Source: a virus. From it: a stretch of DNA of 64,000 nt. Location of the stretch: the IMG/VR virus record IMGVR_UViG_3300045988_076436; one strand, given 5' to 3'. Below the pieces are notes generated by a model, which had not been told where the DNA came from, searched no databases, and saw only the letters and a list, made by a program, of their open reading frames with translations. The position numbers and the translations under genes are program-made. Below, piece by piece: positions 48,260 through 57,336 of this stretch; positions within the stretch are counted from its first letter, which is position 1; every line of letters starts with the position of its first letter.

Positions 48260-50943
48260 ACCAAGAAATCAAATACAGCGGATTTTCTGCCGTGCCGTCC
48301 GACTACGAATGTTCTGACGGCTCTCTTGCCGTGTCCATCAACCTGCTGCCCGAAGATGGTGCTTTGCAGCCAGTCCTGCCTCCGTCTGTTGAGGTACAGC
48401 TTGCTGCCGAAACAGGCAGTTGCGTGTACATTCACGAGACGTCAAGTTTCACACATTACATAGTGGCCAATGGCAACACTTATAGTTGGTTCGACAAAGG
48501 AAAGCCAGATACGATTGTCTCTATTGGCAATGTTTCCAGTTGCATAAAGATTACATCAGTTGGCAATACGCTAATTTTTCTTACCGGGAATGGTATGCAA
48601 TACTACCTGTGGAAAGGCGGCTCCACAGGCTACCTGTATCTTGGCTCGCATATTCCAGAATGTCCGCTGTCATTTGGTTTGCAGGGAGAATTAGTCCGCA
48701 CAGACGAGTTCTCTATCAGTTTCAACGGCATCAGCGAGGGCGACATTTGGAAAGAGTTTTCTGACGACAACAAGACTAAGATAACAGACCAAGTATTGGC
48801 CAAGGTCAATAAGTTCATCGCAGAGGAGAGCACCAATAAGGGACGGTTCATCTATCCGTTCTTTGTCCGTTATGCCTATCGCCTGTATGACGGCACACTG
48901 ACTATGCACTCCGCACCCATTCTAATGATTGCATCTTCCGACCTCTCACCACAGGTTTTTTGGAACCATATCAAGGGTAAGGGGTCTTACAAAGATGCTA
49001 CGATGCGTGTTGTCGGCATGGTGCATAAGTTGGATTATGCGGTTATTGAACAGTCCTACATAGACAATCTCTCCAATTGGAAAGACATTGTGCGCTCCGT
49101 TGATATTTTTTGTTCTAAGCCTATCTACACCTACGACCAGAACGGAAAGTGTGAACGGTTTGCACAATCATCCGACATTGACTCTTATTGTGTGTGCAAG
49201 CATACCAATCAAGCAGCATCTACCACTACATATCCATTGCGCTATCAAAAGCATACGTTCAACAAACTTTATGCGTTCACTTTCGACCCTACAAACCTCA
49301 CTTATCCTGCCGGGCGTTTGATTTTGCCGCGTAGGTCGGTTGATGCTGTAAAGGAGGACATCAAATCTACATCGCAGTTTTACCTGCTCGAAAGCATAAA
49401 GATTGAGGCACTCACCACCACACGCACATTGCTCAACATCGAAGAGGATTATCTTCAGTCATTGGTAACTCGCGAGGTTATGACTGACGATTATGACAGC
49501 CACGACACGCTCATTCCTCGCTATGCGTTTGCCTACAACTCACGCCTCAACATTGCGAACATGAAGAAAATGTTGTTTGCTGGCTACAATGCGGCATCTG
49601 TATTTTGTTATACAGATGGATATGTCGTCAATTGGAATGATGACCACATGACCCCTACATACTTTGACGACAAAGCTGCCTATTCTGTATACATTTACAT
49701 CAAGCAGGACGGCAGGGATATTATTGTAAGAGGGGATGCATATCAAATGGGCAACTATGATGCTCCAATGCTGTTCATATTCTATCCGAATGTCAATGCT
49801 TACAAGGCTGTTATTGTTAAGTGGTTCGTTTGGGGTATGCCATACGAGGTGCAACTTGAACAGCATGGTTTCCTTAATGGTTCATTCTATTTTGGCGGTT
49901 GGGACAATCCCGAACAGAAAGGTTCTGTTCCAACGGTATCAAATATTGTCGACCGTATGATTGACGTACCCAACAAAATCTACACCTCCGAAGTCAACAA
50001 CCCTTTCTATTTCCCTCTTCTCGGCATCAACACCGTTGGTACAGGCGAGATAAAGGGCATCTGTTCCGCAGCCAAGGCTCTCTCGCAAGGTCAGTTCGGC
50101 CAGTTCCCTCTCTACGCTTTCACCACCGAGGGCGTATGGGCGTTGGAGGTGTCAAGCACAGGCACTTACTCCGCTCGCCAACCCATCACGCGCGATGTCT
50201 GCATCAATCCCGATGGCATCACACAACTCGACTCTGCCGTTCTCTTCCCAACCGACCGGGGCATCATGCTCATCAGCGGCTCGCAGACGCAGTGCATATC
50301 CGAGGCTATCAATTCCGAATATCCCTTTGACGCTACGCAGTTGCCGGGCTTCACTAAGCTGCACGCCATGCTCGGCCATGAGCCAGCCACCGACAAGTGC
50401 TTGCCAACACTGCCTTTCACGGAGTTCCTCAAAAAGTGTCAGATGATTTACGACTATGTACATCAGCGTGTCATCGTCTATGCGCCCTCCATCACTTACG
50501 CTTATGTGTATTCGCTCAAGACGCAGCAGTGGGGCATGATATTCTCTCGCATTGCCTCGCACCTCAACTCCTATCCCGATGCGCTGGCGGTGGACGCAGA
50601 CAATGCCGTCCTCAACTTCTCCGTGCCAAAGGCGGAGGCTGTCAAGTGCCTCTACACTACGCGCCCTCTCAAACTCGAAGCGGCCAATGTCCTCAAAACC
50701 ATCGACTGCATCATTCAGCGTGGTTTCTTCTGCAAAGGCAATGTCGCCACGGCTCTGTATGGCTCGCGCGATTTGGTCAACTGGCATTTGGTATGGTCAA
50801 GCAAAGACCACTATCTGCGCGGTTTTCGTGGATCACCCTACAAGTATTTCCGCATTGCAGGTGTCGCCACCCTCAATGCCGATGAAAATATCTTCGGTGC
50901 GTCCGTGCAGTTCACTCCACGACAGAACAACCAGCCACGCTGA
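48256..50943 (+). CDS. Large hypothetical structural protein (895 aa)
   Basis: Long clean ORF with beta-rich composition and no enzymatic motif. A tail or baseplate role is inferred from size only. Confidence 0.65.
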   Translation: MNQEIKYSGFSAVPSDYECSDGSLAVSINLLPEDGALQPVLPPSVEVQLAAETGSCVYIHETSSFTHYIVANGNTYSWFDKGKPDTIVSIGNVSSCIKITSVGNTLIFLTGNGMQYYLWKGGSTGYLYLGSHIPECPLSFGLQGELVRTDEFSISFNGISEGDIWKEFSDDNKTKITDQVLAKVNKFIAEESTNKGRFIYPFFVRYAYRLYDGTLTMHSAPILMIASSDLSPQVFWNHIKGKGSYKDATMRVVGMVHKLDYAVIEQSYIDNLSNWKDIVRSVDIFCSKPIYTYDQNGKCERFAQSSDIDSYCVCKHTNQAASTTTYPLRYQKHTFNKLYAFTFDPTNLTYPAGRLILPRRSVDAVKEDIKSTSQFYLLESIKIEALTTTRTLLNIEEDYLQSLVTREVMTDDYDSHDTLIPRYAFAYNSRLNIANMKKMLFAGYNAASVFCYTDGYVVNWNDDHMTPTYFDDKAAYSVYIYIKQDGRDIIVRGDAYQMGNYDAPMLFIFYPNVNAYKAVIVKWFVWGMPYEVQLEQHGFLNGSFYFGGWDNPEQKGSVPTVSNIVDRMIDVPNKIYTSEVNNPFYFPLLGINTVGTGEIKGICSAAKALSQGQFGQFPLYAFTTEGVWALEVSSTGTYSARQPITRDVCINPDGITQLDSAVLFPTDRGIMLISGSQTQCISEAINSEYPFDATQLPGFTKLHAMLGHEPATDKCLPTLPFTEFLKKCQMIYDYVHQRVIVYAPSITYAYVYSLKTQQWGMIFSRIASHLNSYPDALAVDADNAVLNFSVPKAEAVKCLYTTRPLKLEAANVLKTIDCIIQRGFFCKGNVATALYGSRDLVNWHLVWSSKDHYLRGFRGSPYKYFRIAGVATLNADENIFGASVQFTPRQNNQPR

Positions 50944-50950
50944 CAACCGT

Positions 50951-50993
50951 CCCCACGGCTTAGAAAGGCTTAGTGAGGCACAGCAAGGCTTAT
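50951..50993. repeat. CCCCAC-GGCTTAG-GGCTTAGTGAGGC-GGCTTAT element, copy 2
   Basis: CCCCAC 50951-50956, GGCTTAG 50957-50963, AAGGCTTAGTGAGGC 50965-50979, AAGGCTTAT 50985-50993. It starts 8 nt after the stop of the 895-aa gene. Confidence 0.55.
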
Positions 50994-51047
50994 CAAGATA
51001 TTATTAGGTTAGTTTTTAGGTCAAGATTGTTTTTTAGGTAACACTTA

Positions 51048-51089
51048 AAGAGCCGGGATGCGTGATGCACCTCGGCTCTTGTCTTTCTT
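51048..51089 (+). terminator. Hairpin plus T-rich tail at a convergent junction
   Basis: AAGAGCCGGG (51048-51057) pairs with CCTCGGCTCTT (51070-80). That gives an 8-bp perfect stem plus 2 bp across a bulge, followed by GTCTTTCTT. Confidence 0.5.
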
Positions 51090-51615
51090 ATTCTATCCAG
51101 TGCTGCTTGATGCGTGTCCGTGCCAAGCGGCTCTGAATGGCGGTTCTTATCTCTGTCTCGGCCTCCGCTGCCTTGGCAAGCCATGTCTCGCTCTTGGCAG
51201 GGTTCGTGATGCTTAGCCAGTCGGCCACACCTCTGCACACTAAGTATTCGTGTATCAGCCTCTCCACCAATGTGAGCGTGGTCTGCGAGAATGTGGTCGG
51301 CACGTTCATCACGATTACATACTGTTGCCGCTCTTTCAGCGTGTCGTCAAAGTCCGTGTTCTCTATCTCTTTCTTCGCCCACGGATAGAGCAGCTCACGG
51401 CACATCGACACGCCCAAGTCTATCACCCTTGTCATGCGGTCCACATTGCCGTCCTCGCCCACATCGGCCACCATGTGCTTGGCGTGTTCCGTCTCGGCTG
51501 GCATCACATGGCTCTCCACATAGGCGTAGTTCTTGATGTCGTACAGCAGTTGGTCGCGCTTGAATGTGAGGGTTACTTTTAGTGTCCCTCCGTCATTTTC
51601 CACACAGCAACTCAT
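51088..51615 (-). CDS. Structural-module paralogue A (175 aa)
   Basis: Shares an N-terminal LLYDI motif with B, and a C-terminal pattern P..F.......V...IH.YL....IA.W....N...A with paralogues B and C. Confidence 0.6.
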   Translation of the reverse strand: MSCCVENDGGTLKVTLTFKRDQLLYDIKNYAYVESHVMPAETEHAKHMVADVGEDGNVDRMTRVIDLGVSMCRELLYPWAKKEIENTDFDDTLKERQQYVIVMNVPTTFSQTTLTLVERLIHEYLVCRGVADWLSITNPAKSETWLAKAAEAETEIRTAIQSRLARTRIKQHWIE

Positions 51616-51628
51616 AGGCTTCTCCTCC

Positions 51629-52135
51629 TTAGTCCGCAGGACGCTTCGGGCGGCTCCGCTTGCTCACGGCTTGCTGTATGCTCACAAGGCTCTTCTGTGC
51701 GAGTGCCACATACTGCTCCGCGTCTGCCTTGTTTGTCACCATGTACCACTCCGCAATGGCGGTGTTCTTCAGATAGTCGTGTATGGCCTCGCCAACGCCT
51801 GTCGTGGCGGCCTCATTGAAGTTGCTTGGCATCTGGAGTTTCAGCAACAGGTCGTCGCTGCCGTCATAGTGGCTGTTGTCGGTCGATGTACCATCCTCAT
51901 CAAGGTATTCAGCAAGTTCGGTCTTTACCTCGGCAAAGCCTTTCTTGATAGAGCGCAGTATCTTCTCGCGGTTCTCCTCGTCCTCCGAGGCGAACATGCT
52001 GGCCACTTCCTTGTGGTTCTCCTTGTTCTGTATCGTGCGTCCGCGAAGAAAGGTCTCGTTCATGATGTCGTACAGCAGCCAGTCTATCTTGATGGTTGCT
52101 GTTACCTCTTTCTTTGCACCTAATGTTTCTGACAT
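51629..52135 (-). CDS. Structural-module paralogue B (168 aa)
   Basis: ...MPSNFNEAATTGVGEAIHDYLKNTAIAEWYMVTNKADAEQYVALAQ...KRSRPKRPAD. Confidence 0.6.
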   Translation of the reverse strand: MSETLGAKKEVTATIKIDWLLYDIMNETFLRGRTIQNKENHKEVASMFASEDEENREKILRSIKKGFAEVKTELAEYLDEDGTSTDNSHYDGSDDLLLKLQMPSNFNEAATTGVGEAIHDYLKNTAIAEWYMVTNKADAEQYVALAQKSLVSIQQAVSKRSRPKRPAD

Positions 52136-52155
52136 ATTCTGTTTCTTTTTGTTGG

Positions 52156-52692
52156 TTAATCACTTGGGCGTGTCGGTTTCTTCCTGCTGTACAGCAGTCG
52201 TTCCGCTCCGTCCATCATTTCTCCTGCTTGGTTGAAGTAGTCGGTGGCCTCGCCCTTATTGGCCAACTTGAACCATTGGCCGATGATTGATGTGATGAAG
52301 AAGTTGCGCAGGGCTGACTGCACATTGCTTGTCAGTTCCTTGTCAAACGACTTGCTCACTTCCAGCACTGCTTCGTATGCGGTCCTCATGATGACAGGCT
52401 TGATTGGCAGACCTATGTTAGGTTGTGCCAAATCCTTTGTACCCCATATATCGGTGGACACCTGTACATCTTTGGTCGTTCCCGACACAAGCATTTCTTT
52501 CAGTCGCTCGTTGGTGGCAAGCACCGACTCTTCCCAAAATCTGCCAAGGTCGCTCAGCTCGTTGTCGGTGGCGAGTATGCGGTCTCGCGCTTTCTCGTCT
52601 CCGTCTATGAGTTTCGCACCTGTGTAGTCCGTGGCTTTTGCCACTTCCTCATACACATCGTCCTTGAATACTTGTATGGTTATCGTCTCCAT
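52156..52692 (-). CDS. Structural-module paralogue C (178 aa)
   Basis: The ORF-track entry extends to 52788, but the upstream part is H/R-rich junk. ATG 52692 (METITIQVFKDD...) abuts the stop of the upstream gene. C-terminus ...SRKKPTRPSD, as in B. Confidence 0.6.
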   Translation of the reverse strand: METITIQVFKDDVYEEVAKATDYTGAKLIDGDEKARDRILATDNELSDLGRFWEESVLATNERLKEMLVSGTTKDVQVSTDIWGTKDLAQPNIGLPIKPVIMRTAYEAVLEVSKSFDKELTSNVQSALRNFFITSIIGQWFKLANKGEATDYFNQAGEMMDGAERLLYSRKKPTRPSD

Positions 52693-53249
52693 CAGAATGA
52701 AATGATTGAATAAGTTAATCCTATGCCCACATACGGCTGCATTCCTTTCGTGCCTATGCCGTACCCGGTCGTTATGCCTATGTGCCACCGCTTAGGGGGC
52801 TGCTTCTCCTTGATGGTTACCACCTCATGCAGCGGATACACAAAGATGCTGTCGAGCCGTGCGTGTACGCCACTGACGTATGCCTTGTAGTCCGCGCTCT
52901 CATACACGCTCTGCATGATGGGCAGCTCTATTGTCGCGCTGTCCGAACCGTTGGCGGCAATGCCTTTTGCATAACCCTTTGCCGTGTCGGTGTCGGCTCT
53001 GATGGGTGGCAGTGCTGCATCGCCCATCTTGATGCAGTCCGTTGGCACTCTCACCTCGGCAGTTCCGACTGGCTGCTCGCTGGTGTACTTAGGTTCTCCC
53101 GGCACGTCTCTTACCGTGTCGCGCTTTATGATGGTGTCGGTTTGGATCACGATGTTGTGGCCGTTCCCTGCCTTGGGTTCGGGGTAGAGCAGTGCCACAA
53201 GCAGGAGCGTGAGCAACACGCCTCCTACAAAACTCAATGCGTGTTTCAT
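52692..53249 (-). CDS. Lysis-cassette membrane-anchored protein (185 aa), spanin-like position
   Basis: ATG 53249 overlaps the amidase stop (ATGA). The N-terminal TM segment is ALSFVGGVLLTLLLVALLY. The C-terminus is G/Y/I-rich (GITTGYGIGTKGMQPYVGIGLTYSIISF). Confidence 0.55.
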   Translation of the reverse strand: MKHALSFVGGVLLTLLLVALLYPEPKAGNGHNIVIQTDTIIKRDTVRDVPGEPKYTSEQPVGTAEVRVPTDCIKMGDAALPPIRADTDTAKGYAKGIAANGSDSATIELPIMQSVYESADYKAYVSGVHARLDSIFVYPLHEVVTIKEKQPPKRWHIGITTGYGIGTKGMQPYVGIGLTYSIISF

Positions 53250-53899
53250 GCTTTCGTGTGTTTGATGTAGTCCGTAATGCCTTTGTAGTGCAACTGCACG
53301 ATGCTCCGCACGCCCTCCTCGCTCAACAGATATTCCACGTCTGCCTTGTTGTCTTGGAAGAGGTTCTCCGTCAGCACGGCTGCGCACTTGGTATGCAGCA
53401 GTATGTAGAAGCGTGCCTCATAGTCGGGGTCTTTGTCGCTCCAGTCGGCACGCATGGGTTTCTGCTTGCTGTCGTAGTCGCCCTTGGCCTTGTGCACGTC
53501 AAAGCTGCCGATGTAGTCTTTCAGGCTTTCCTCGGCTGCGTTCCACAGGTCGGTGGCAAGCAGGTCGGCACTCGTCTGGCCGGGCGAGGTATATACGCAC
53601 CAGCCTCCTGCGCTCTTCCACTGGCCGTCAGCTCCTGCGGCATTGTGGTGTATCGACACGAGGAGCACGTTCTTCGCTCCGTACTTGTCGCAGTACTTGT
53701 TGGCTCGCTTGCATCGCTCGGCAAGCGACACATCGGTCTCTTCGGGTACGAGCAGGTGTGCCTCCACTCCGTTGCTCAGTAGGGTGTTCACCAACCTGCG
53801 TGCTATCTCTCTCGCTTTCTTGTATTCGCGCAACCGCTTGTCGGGGCTGCACTTGCCCGGTGTGTTCTCACCGTGGCCGTTGTCAATCAACACTATCAT
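53246..53899 (-). CDS. N-acetylmuramoyl-L-alanine amidase endolysin (217 aa)
   Basis: IVLIDNGHGENTPGK...LLVSIHHNA...AAVLTENLFQDN matches the Amidase_3 zinc-ligand pattern (H...E...H...E). Confidence 0.8.
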   Translation of the reverse strand: MIVLIDNGHGENTPGKCSPDKRLREYKKAREIARRLVNTLLSNGVEAHLLVPEETDVSLAERCKRANKYCDKYGAKNVLLVSIHHNAAGADGQWKSAGGWCVYTSPGQTSADLLATDLWNAAEESLKDYIGSFDVHKAKGDYDSKQKPMRADWSDKDPDYEARFYILLHTKCAAVLTENLFQDNKADVEYLLSEEGVRSIVQLHYKGITDYIKHTKA

Positions 53900-54404
53900 C
53901 TTTCTCTTCTTTTAGTTTGTTAAGGTTCACGTCAAAGTGTCTTGCCGTCTTGTCCACCATCACTTGCTGCAATGCTTTCCAAAAGCGGTGCTCTGCCTCT
54001 GGTCGGCAGCTGCTCTCGTTCTCCAGTATCGACCATGCCTGTTCAAAGCATATCACGCCTGTAAGGATATACGACAACGGCACTTGCATGTGTATGAACA
54101 CCCAATGCTCCGCCAAGTATGCCAGCACTATCAGCCACAACCGCTTGGGTATGGTCTGTTTCACCACCTTGCCAAAAGCGAATGAGGTAAACTTTGCTTT
54201 CTTCCTGTCGGTCTTTTCGGGATAGGCTGCGTGTACGCGCTTGTCGAGCTTGAAAGCGGTGTATGCGTCATACAATATAAAGATGATGGCTACCGCTATC
54301 AAGGGGAATGTCGGTCTGAATTCTGCCACAAGCCAGCCTACCATGCCGCCCACGGCCATGGCCGCGAACTTCCAAAGTTTGAATACTACTGCCATACTGC
54401 CCAT
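53883..54404 (-). CDS. Holin (about 173 aa; start uncertain)
   Basis: Multiple TM helices plus ...FEQAWSILENES, typical of LL-H/phage_holin_4-type holins. It lies immediately upstream of the amidase. The track ORF extends to 54476. Confidence 0.65.
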   Translation of the reverse strand: MGSMAVVFKLWKFAAMAVGGMVGWLVAEFRPTFPLIAVAIIFILYDAYTAFKLDKRVHAAYPEKTDRKKAKFTSFAFGKVVKQTIPKRLWLIVLAYLAEHWVFIHMQVPLSYILTGVICFEQAWSILENESSCRPEAEHRFWKALQQVMVDKTARHFDVNLNKLKEEKDDSVD

Positions 54405-54625
54405 CTTATTAAGCGTCCTACAACTACTCCTGCCACCGTGCAGCCGAAGTCTATCCAATCCCACTTGCCGCCCCACAACTCATCTTTGAGTTCCAAGGCT
54501 GCGGCTACGCCCACTCCTGCATACGCTGCGCAATAGGTGCTGTTCGCTCCAAGTCCTATCACCACACCGCCAACAAAGTGCTTGTATCGGTTGCTCGCTC
54601 CGAGCCATTTGATAATCTTCTTCAT
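54386..54625 (-). CDS. Small membrane protein (79 aa), first gene of the lysis cassette
   Basis: FVGGVVIGLGANSTYCAAYAGVGVAAAL and FGCTVAGVVVG hydrophobic segments. Confidence 0.55.
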   Translation of the reverse strand: MKKIIKWLGASNRYKHFVGGVVIGLGANSTYCAAYAGVGVAAALELKDELWGGKWDWIDFGCTVAGVVVGRLIRWAVWQ

Positions 54626-54648
54626 GTCAATAAGAATTTAGTTCATGG

Positions 54649-54656
54649 CAAATTTA
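54649..54656 (-). promoter_or_regulatory. Bacteroides-type -7 box (TAAATTTG) for the lysis cassette
   Basis: The reverse complement of 54649-54656 is TAAATTTG, 24 nt upstream of ATG 54625. Confidence 0.45.
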
Positions 54657-54699
54657 CTTACAGGCATGGTTCTTTCCCTTTTATCTGTTGTGGCACACT

Positions 54700-54731
54700 A
54701 AAAAAGGGACACAAGATTGCTCCTGCGTCCC
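54700..54731 (-). terminator. Weak hairpin plus T6 after the 157-aa gene
   Basis: The minus strand reads GGGAC-N16-GTCCC followed by TTTTTT. The stem is only 5 bp. Confidence 0.35.
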
Positions 54732-54752
54732 TCTGATAGGTTCTCGTTTCCC

Positions 54753-55226
54753 TTACTGGAGGTCAAACACGCTCCAGTCTATGTTGTCTTTTTCTTTCCA
54801 ACCGTCCATGATGGCGTTGAGAATGTAGGCTGATGCCTCCTTGCTGAACTTGATGAAGTCCTCTCTTGTCTCAAAGGTGTAGTACACTGGCGTTGCGTCC
54901 GCCTCCTCGTTGAGTTTCAGCGTGAGCGGATAGGCTATGCTCTCGTTGTTTTCCAAAGATGCGTAGTTGCGCTGCTTCTCGTCCGACAGCCATACCTTGA
55001 TGCCGTCATACTCAAAGCGGTTCACAATCTTGTCCTTGGTCTCTGCGTCTATCGTGTCTCTGACAAGCTGCTTTATCTCGTCCATCGTGGGCTTGCGGCT
55101 GAACGTGTGGCGGTATTCATAGTTGCCGTCCTCGGTCTCGTAATAGCCGAAGTAGAGCAGCCATTTGTTCTTGCCTATGCGTTGCAGTCCATCTTGCCGT
55201 TGGGTTGTGCCGTATATCTTCTCCAT
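54753..55226 (-). CDS. Hypothetical protein (157 aa) downstream of the RT
   Basis: Clean ORF with no motif recognised. Confidence 0.6.
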   Translation of the reverse strand: MEKIYGTTQRQDGLQRIGKNKWLLYFGYYETEDGNYEYRHTFSRKPTMDEIKQLVRDTIDAETKDKIVNRFEYDGIKVWLSDEKQRNYASLENNESIAYPLTLKLNEEADATPVYYTFETREDFIKFSKEASAYILNAIMDGWKEKDNIDWSVFDLQ

Positions 55227-55301
55227 GTCGTTATGAATTTGTTACGCTGCAAAGATACACCGACACACCGCACATCGCCTTTTATCTTTAGTGAGCTGCC
55301 A

Positions 55302-56792
55302 TTAAGTGAAGTTATACTTGCGCTTGCTGCCGTCAAACACCTCACACTTGATGATGGTCTCGAATGGAAAGCCGTCCTCTATGTCGCTTATCTGGTCAAG
55401 TATGCCTTTCATCTCCAACGAGGCGGTGAAGAACTTGCCCCATTCCGAGTTGGCTGGATTGCGGAATGACACCAAATAGCGGTCTTCGCCCTCTTTTGTG
55501 TCTATGCCTGTCTCAAAGTCGTGAATTTCTATCGGTATGTTCACGATGTCACCGAGGCGTGTCACCTTGCCGGGAAAGCGTTTCTTGCCGTCAGCAGGTG
55601 TATAGGTTACGCCCATTTCTGAAAACTTCTTCATGTGTTTACCTGTTAATGTATAATATAGATGTTTACAATCTGCGTGGCAAGCCATTCCCTTGAATGA
55701 CCCTATTATCTGTTGCCGCCTCTTGCGCGACTTTATCTTGGCGAGTTTCCGTGCAGCGTTCACCTTGGTACGCTTTCTCAGCAGGGAGTAGTCCCCATAA
55801 TCAACAAAGCCGAGTGCGTCCATTCCTGCACTGATGGGTGCAACTTTCTCACTCGGCTTTATTATCAGATTGTAGGGTTTGCATAGTCTATGCAGGGTGT
55901 CCCTGTGTTTCCACAACTCTTTCTTGTTGTCTCCAAGTATGTATATGTCGTCACAAAAGCGGTTGTAGTTGTCTTTTCCACATTCCTCTATCATGGCATG
56001 GTCTATGTCGTTGTGGTACAGGTTGCCGAAAAACTGCGAGGAGCGTAGTCCCTTGCTGATGCCTACGTTGTCATTCGGGTGCAGAGCCTTTACAAAGTCT
56101 ATGAGTATGGGCAGCAGCACTGGGTCGGCAATGTAGCGTTTTATTATCTCTATCAGTCGGTCATGCAGTATGTGGTCGTAGTAACCTTTGTAGTCGCTTT
56201 GATAGTAGTATATGAGTTTCGGATTGTTCCGCCTTGCCTCCTGCATCTTGTGATACAATCCGTGTGGCCCTCTTCCCTCTATCGAGGCTGCGGTGTTCTC
56301 TATCAGTATGGGCGCAAGGTGTTTTTCCACTATCTCCATGATGGCGTTGCTGCCCACACGCTCTATGACGGACGGTGCTTGCACGGTTCTTATCTTCGGG
56401 CCGTCTGCCGTCTCAAACGATTTAAGGTGCTTGATGCGGAATGTGCCGTTGGCTATCTGTGCCTTTAGCATGGCGATGATGTCCGCCTTGCGTTTCATGT
56501 AGCGCACCATGCGTGGCGTGCATTCCACTCCGTCTATAACAATATTCTCCCTCCACCGTAGGCCGTTGCGAGTATCTGCGTTGTGCAGGTTCGACATGAC
56601 GCGCTTGAACGAGCGTTCCATGTTCTCGTCCGCTATGATTTCGGGGATAAGGTCTAATAACGGAAAACAGATAGAAGTCTTTTCTTCTACCTGCCCCAAT
56701 AGTTCTTCCAATGTATTGACAGCCTTCCTGTCCTGTGGGGAGATACTTGCGCACTCCCCACATGTGGTTAATGTCGTGTTCCGGCTTTCCAT
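55302..56792 (-). CDS. DGR-type reverse transcriptase with an extra C-terminal domain (496 aa from ATG 56792; track ORF from GTG 56855)
   Basis: RT motifs: YYYQSDYKGYYDHI (catalytic Asp), GISKGLRSSQFFGNLY (the GxxxSQ hallmark of DGR RTs, cf. Bordetella IGNLTSQFFANVY) and RFCDDIYILG (xxDD). It lies adjacent to the TR. Confidence 0.9.
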   Translation of the reverse strand: MESRNTTLTTCGECASISPQDRKAVNTLEELLGQVEEKTSICFPLLDLIPEIIADENMERSFKRVMSNLHNADTRNGLRWRENIVIDGVECTPRMVRYMKRKADIIAMLKAQIANGTFRIKHLKSFETADGPKIRTVQAPSVIERVGSNAIMEIVEKHLAPILIENTAASIEGRGPHGLYHKMQEARRNNPKLIYYYQSDYKGYYDHILHDRLIEIIKRYIADPVLLPILIDFVKALHPNDNVGISKGLRSSQFFGNLYHNDIDHAMIEECGKDNYNRFCDDIYILGDNKKELWKHRDTLHRLCKPYNLIIKPSEKVAPISAGMDALGFVDYGDYSLLRKRTKVNAARKLAKIKSRKRRQQIIGSFKGMACHADCKHLYYTLTGKHMKKFSEMGVTYTPADGKKRFPGKVTRLGDIVNIPIEIHDFETGIDTKEGEDRYLVSFRNPANSEWGKFFTASLEMKGILDQISDIEDGFPFETIIKCEVFDGSKRKYNFT

Positions 56793-56886
56793 ATTTATAT
56801 GCTGTTGCCGAGGCTCTAATCCCTCGGAGTATGTTTGTGGCAATCCTCGTGCCACGTCAGAGACCTCCGATTAAACTTAACCAAGA

Positions 56887-57002
56887 GAATTTCAGCCGCC
56901 CACCGTAGTTCGTGTTCGAGTTCGAAGAAGCGTTGTTCGCGTTCGCATAGGCGAGACCGCTGTTCGCATTCGAGTTGTTGCCAGACCGCAGAACACAGCG
57001 GC
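56887..57002 (-). repeat. DGR template repeat (TR)
   Basis: 116 bp homologous to 57842-57957. In coding orientation it is AAC-rich: ...GGC AAC AAC TCG AAT GCG AAC AGC...AAC GCG AAC AAC...AAC TCG AAC ACG AAC TAC GGT GGG CGG CTG AAA TTC. Confidence 0.9.
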
Positions 57003-57033
57003 GCGTGGGATTTTCTGCCTTTTGTTCCTTTGC

Positions 57034-57336
57034 TTACATAATCGGACGCACTATGTCCACTTTCAGACCAAGCGCATCAATGATGCGGAAGAACATGCCG
57101 ACACCCGGCTCTATCACGCCTTTCTCTATGCGTGAGATATAGGTTTTGTCTGTTCCCACTTTCTTGGCAAGGTCTGATTGCGTCATGTGCTCTTGCTTTC
57201 TTGCGTCAAGGATTATCTGACCTACACAATAGTTGGTTGCCTCCTTTCTGAACGCTTCTCTTTCTGCAGTTCCTACTGCGCCATACTTGGCATCAAGAAT
57301 GGCATCGAAACTGCTAATGTCATTTCTTTGCTGCAT
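57034..57336 (-). CDS. XRE-family HTH antitoxin, HigA-like (100 aa)
   Basis: HMTQSDLAKKVGTDKTYISRIEKGVIEPGVGMFFRIIDALG. ATG 57336 overlaps the toxin 3' end by 17 nt. Confidence 0.75.
   Translation of the reverse strand: MQQRNDISSFDAILDAKYGAVGTAEREAFRKEATNYCVGQIILDARKQEHMTQSDLAKKVGTDKTYISRIEKGVIEPGVGMFFRIIDALGLKVDIVRPIM

Noticed and set aside
56835-57041. ORFs overlapping the TR and VR (56835..57041 +, 57797..58591 +, 57765..58049 -, 57807..57992 +)
   Set aside because: They are by-products of the repeated TR/VR sequence and of the target gene's antisense strand. Their products are R/S/C-rich.
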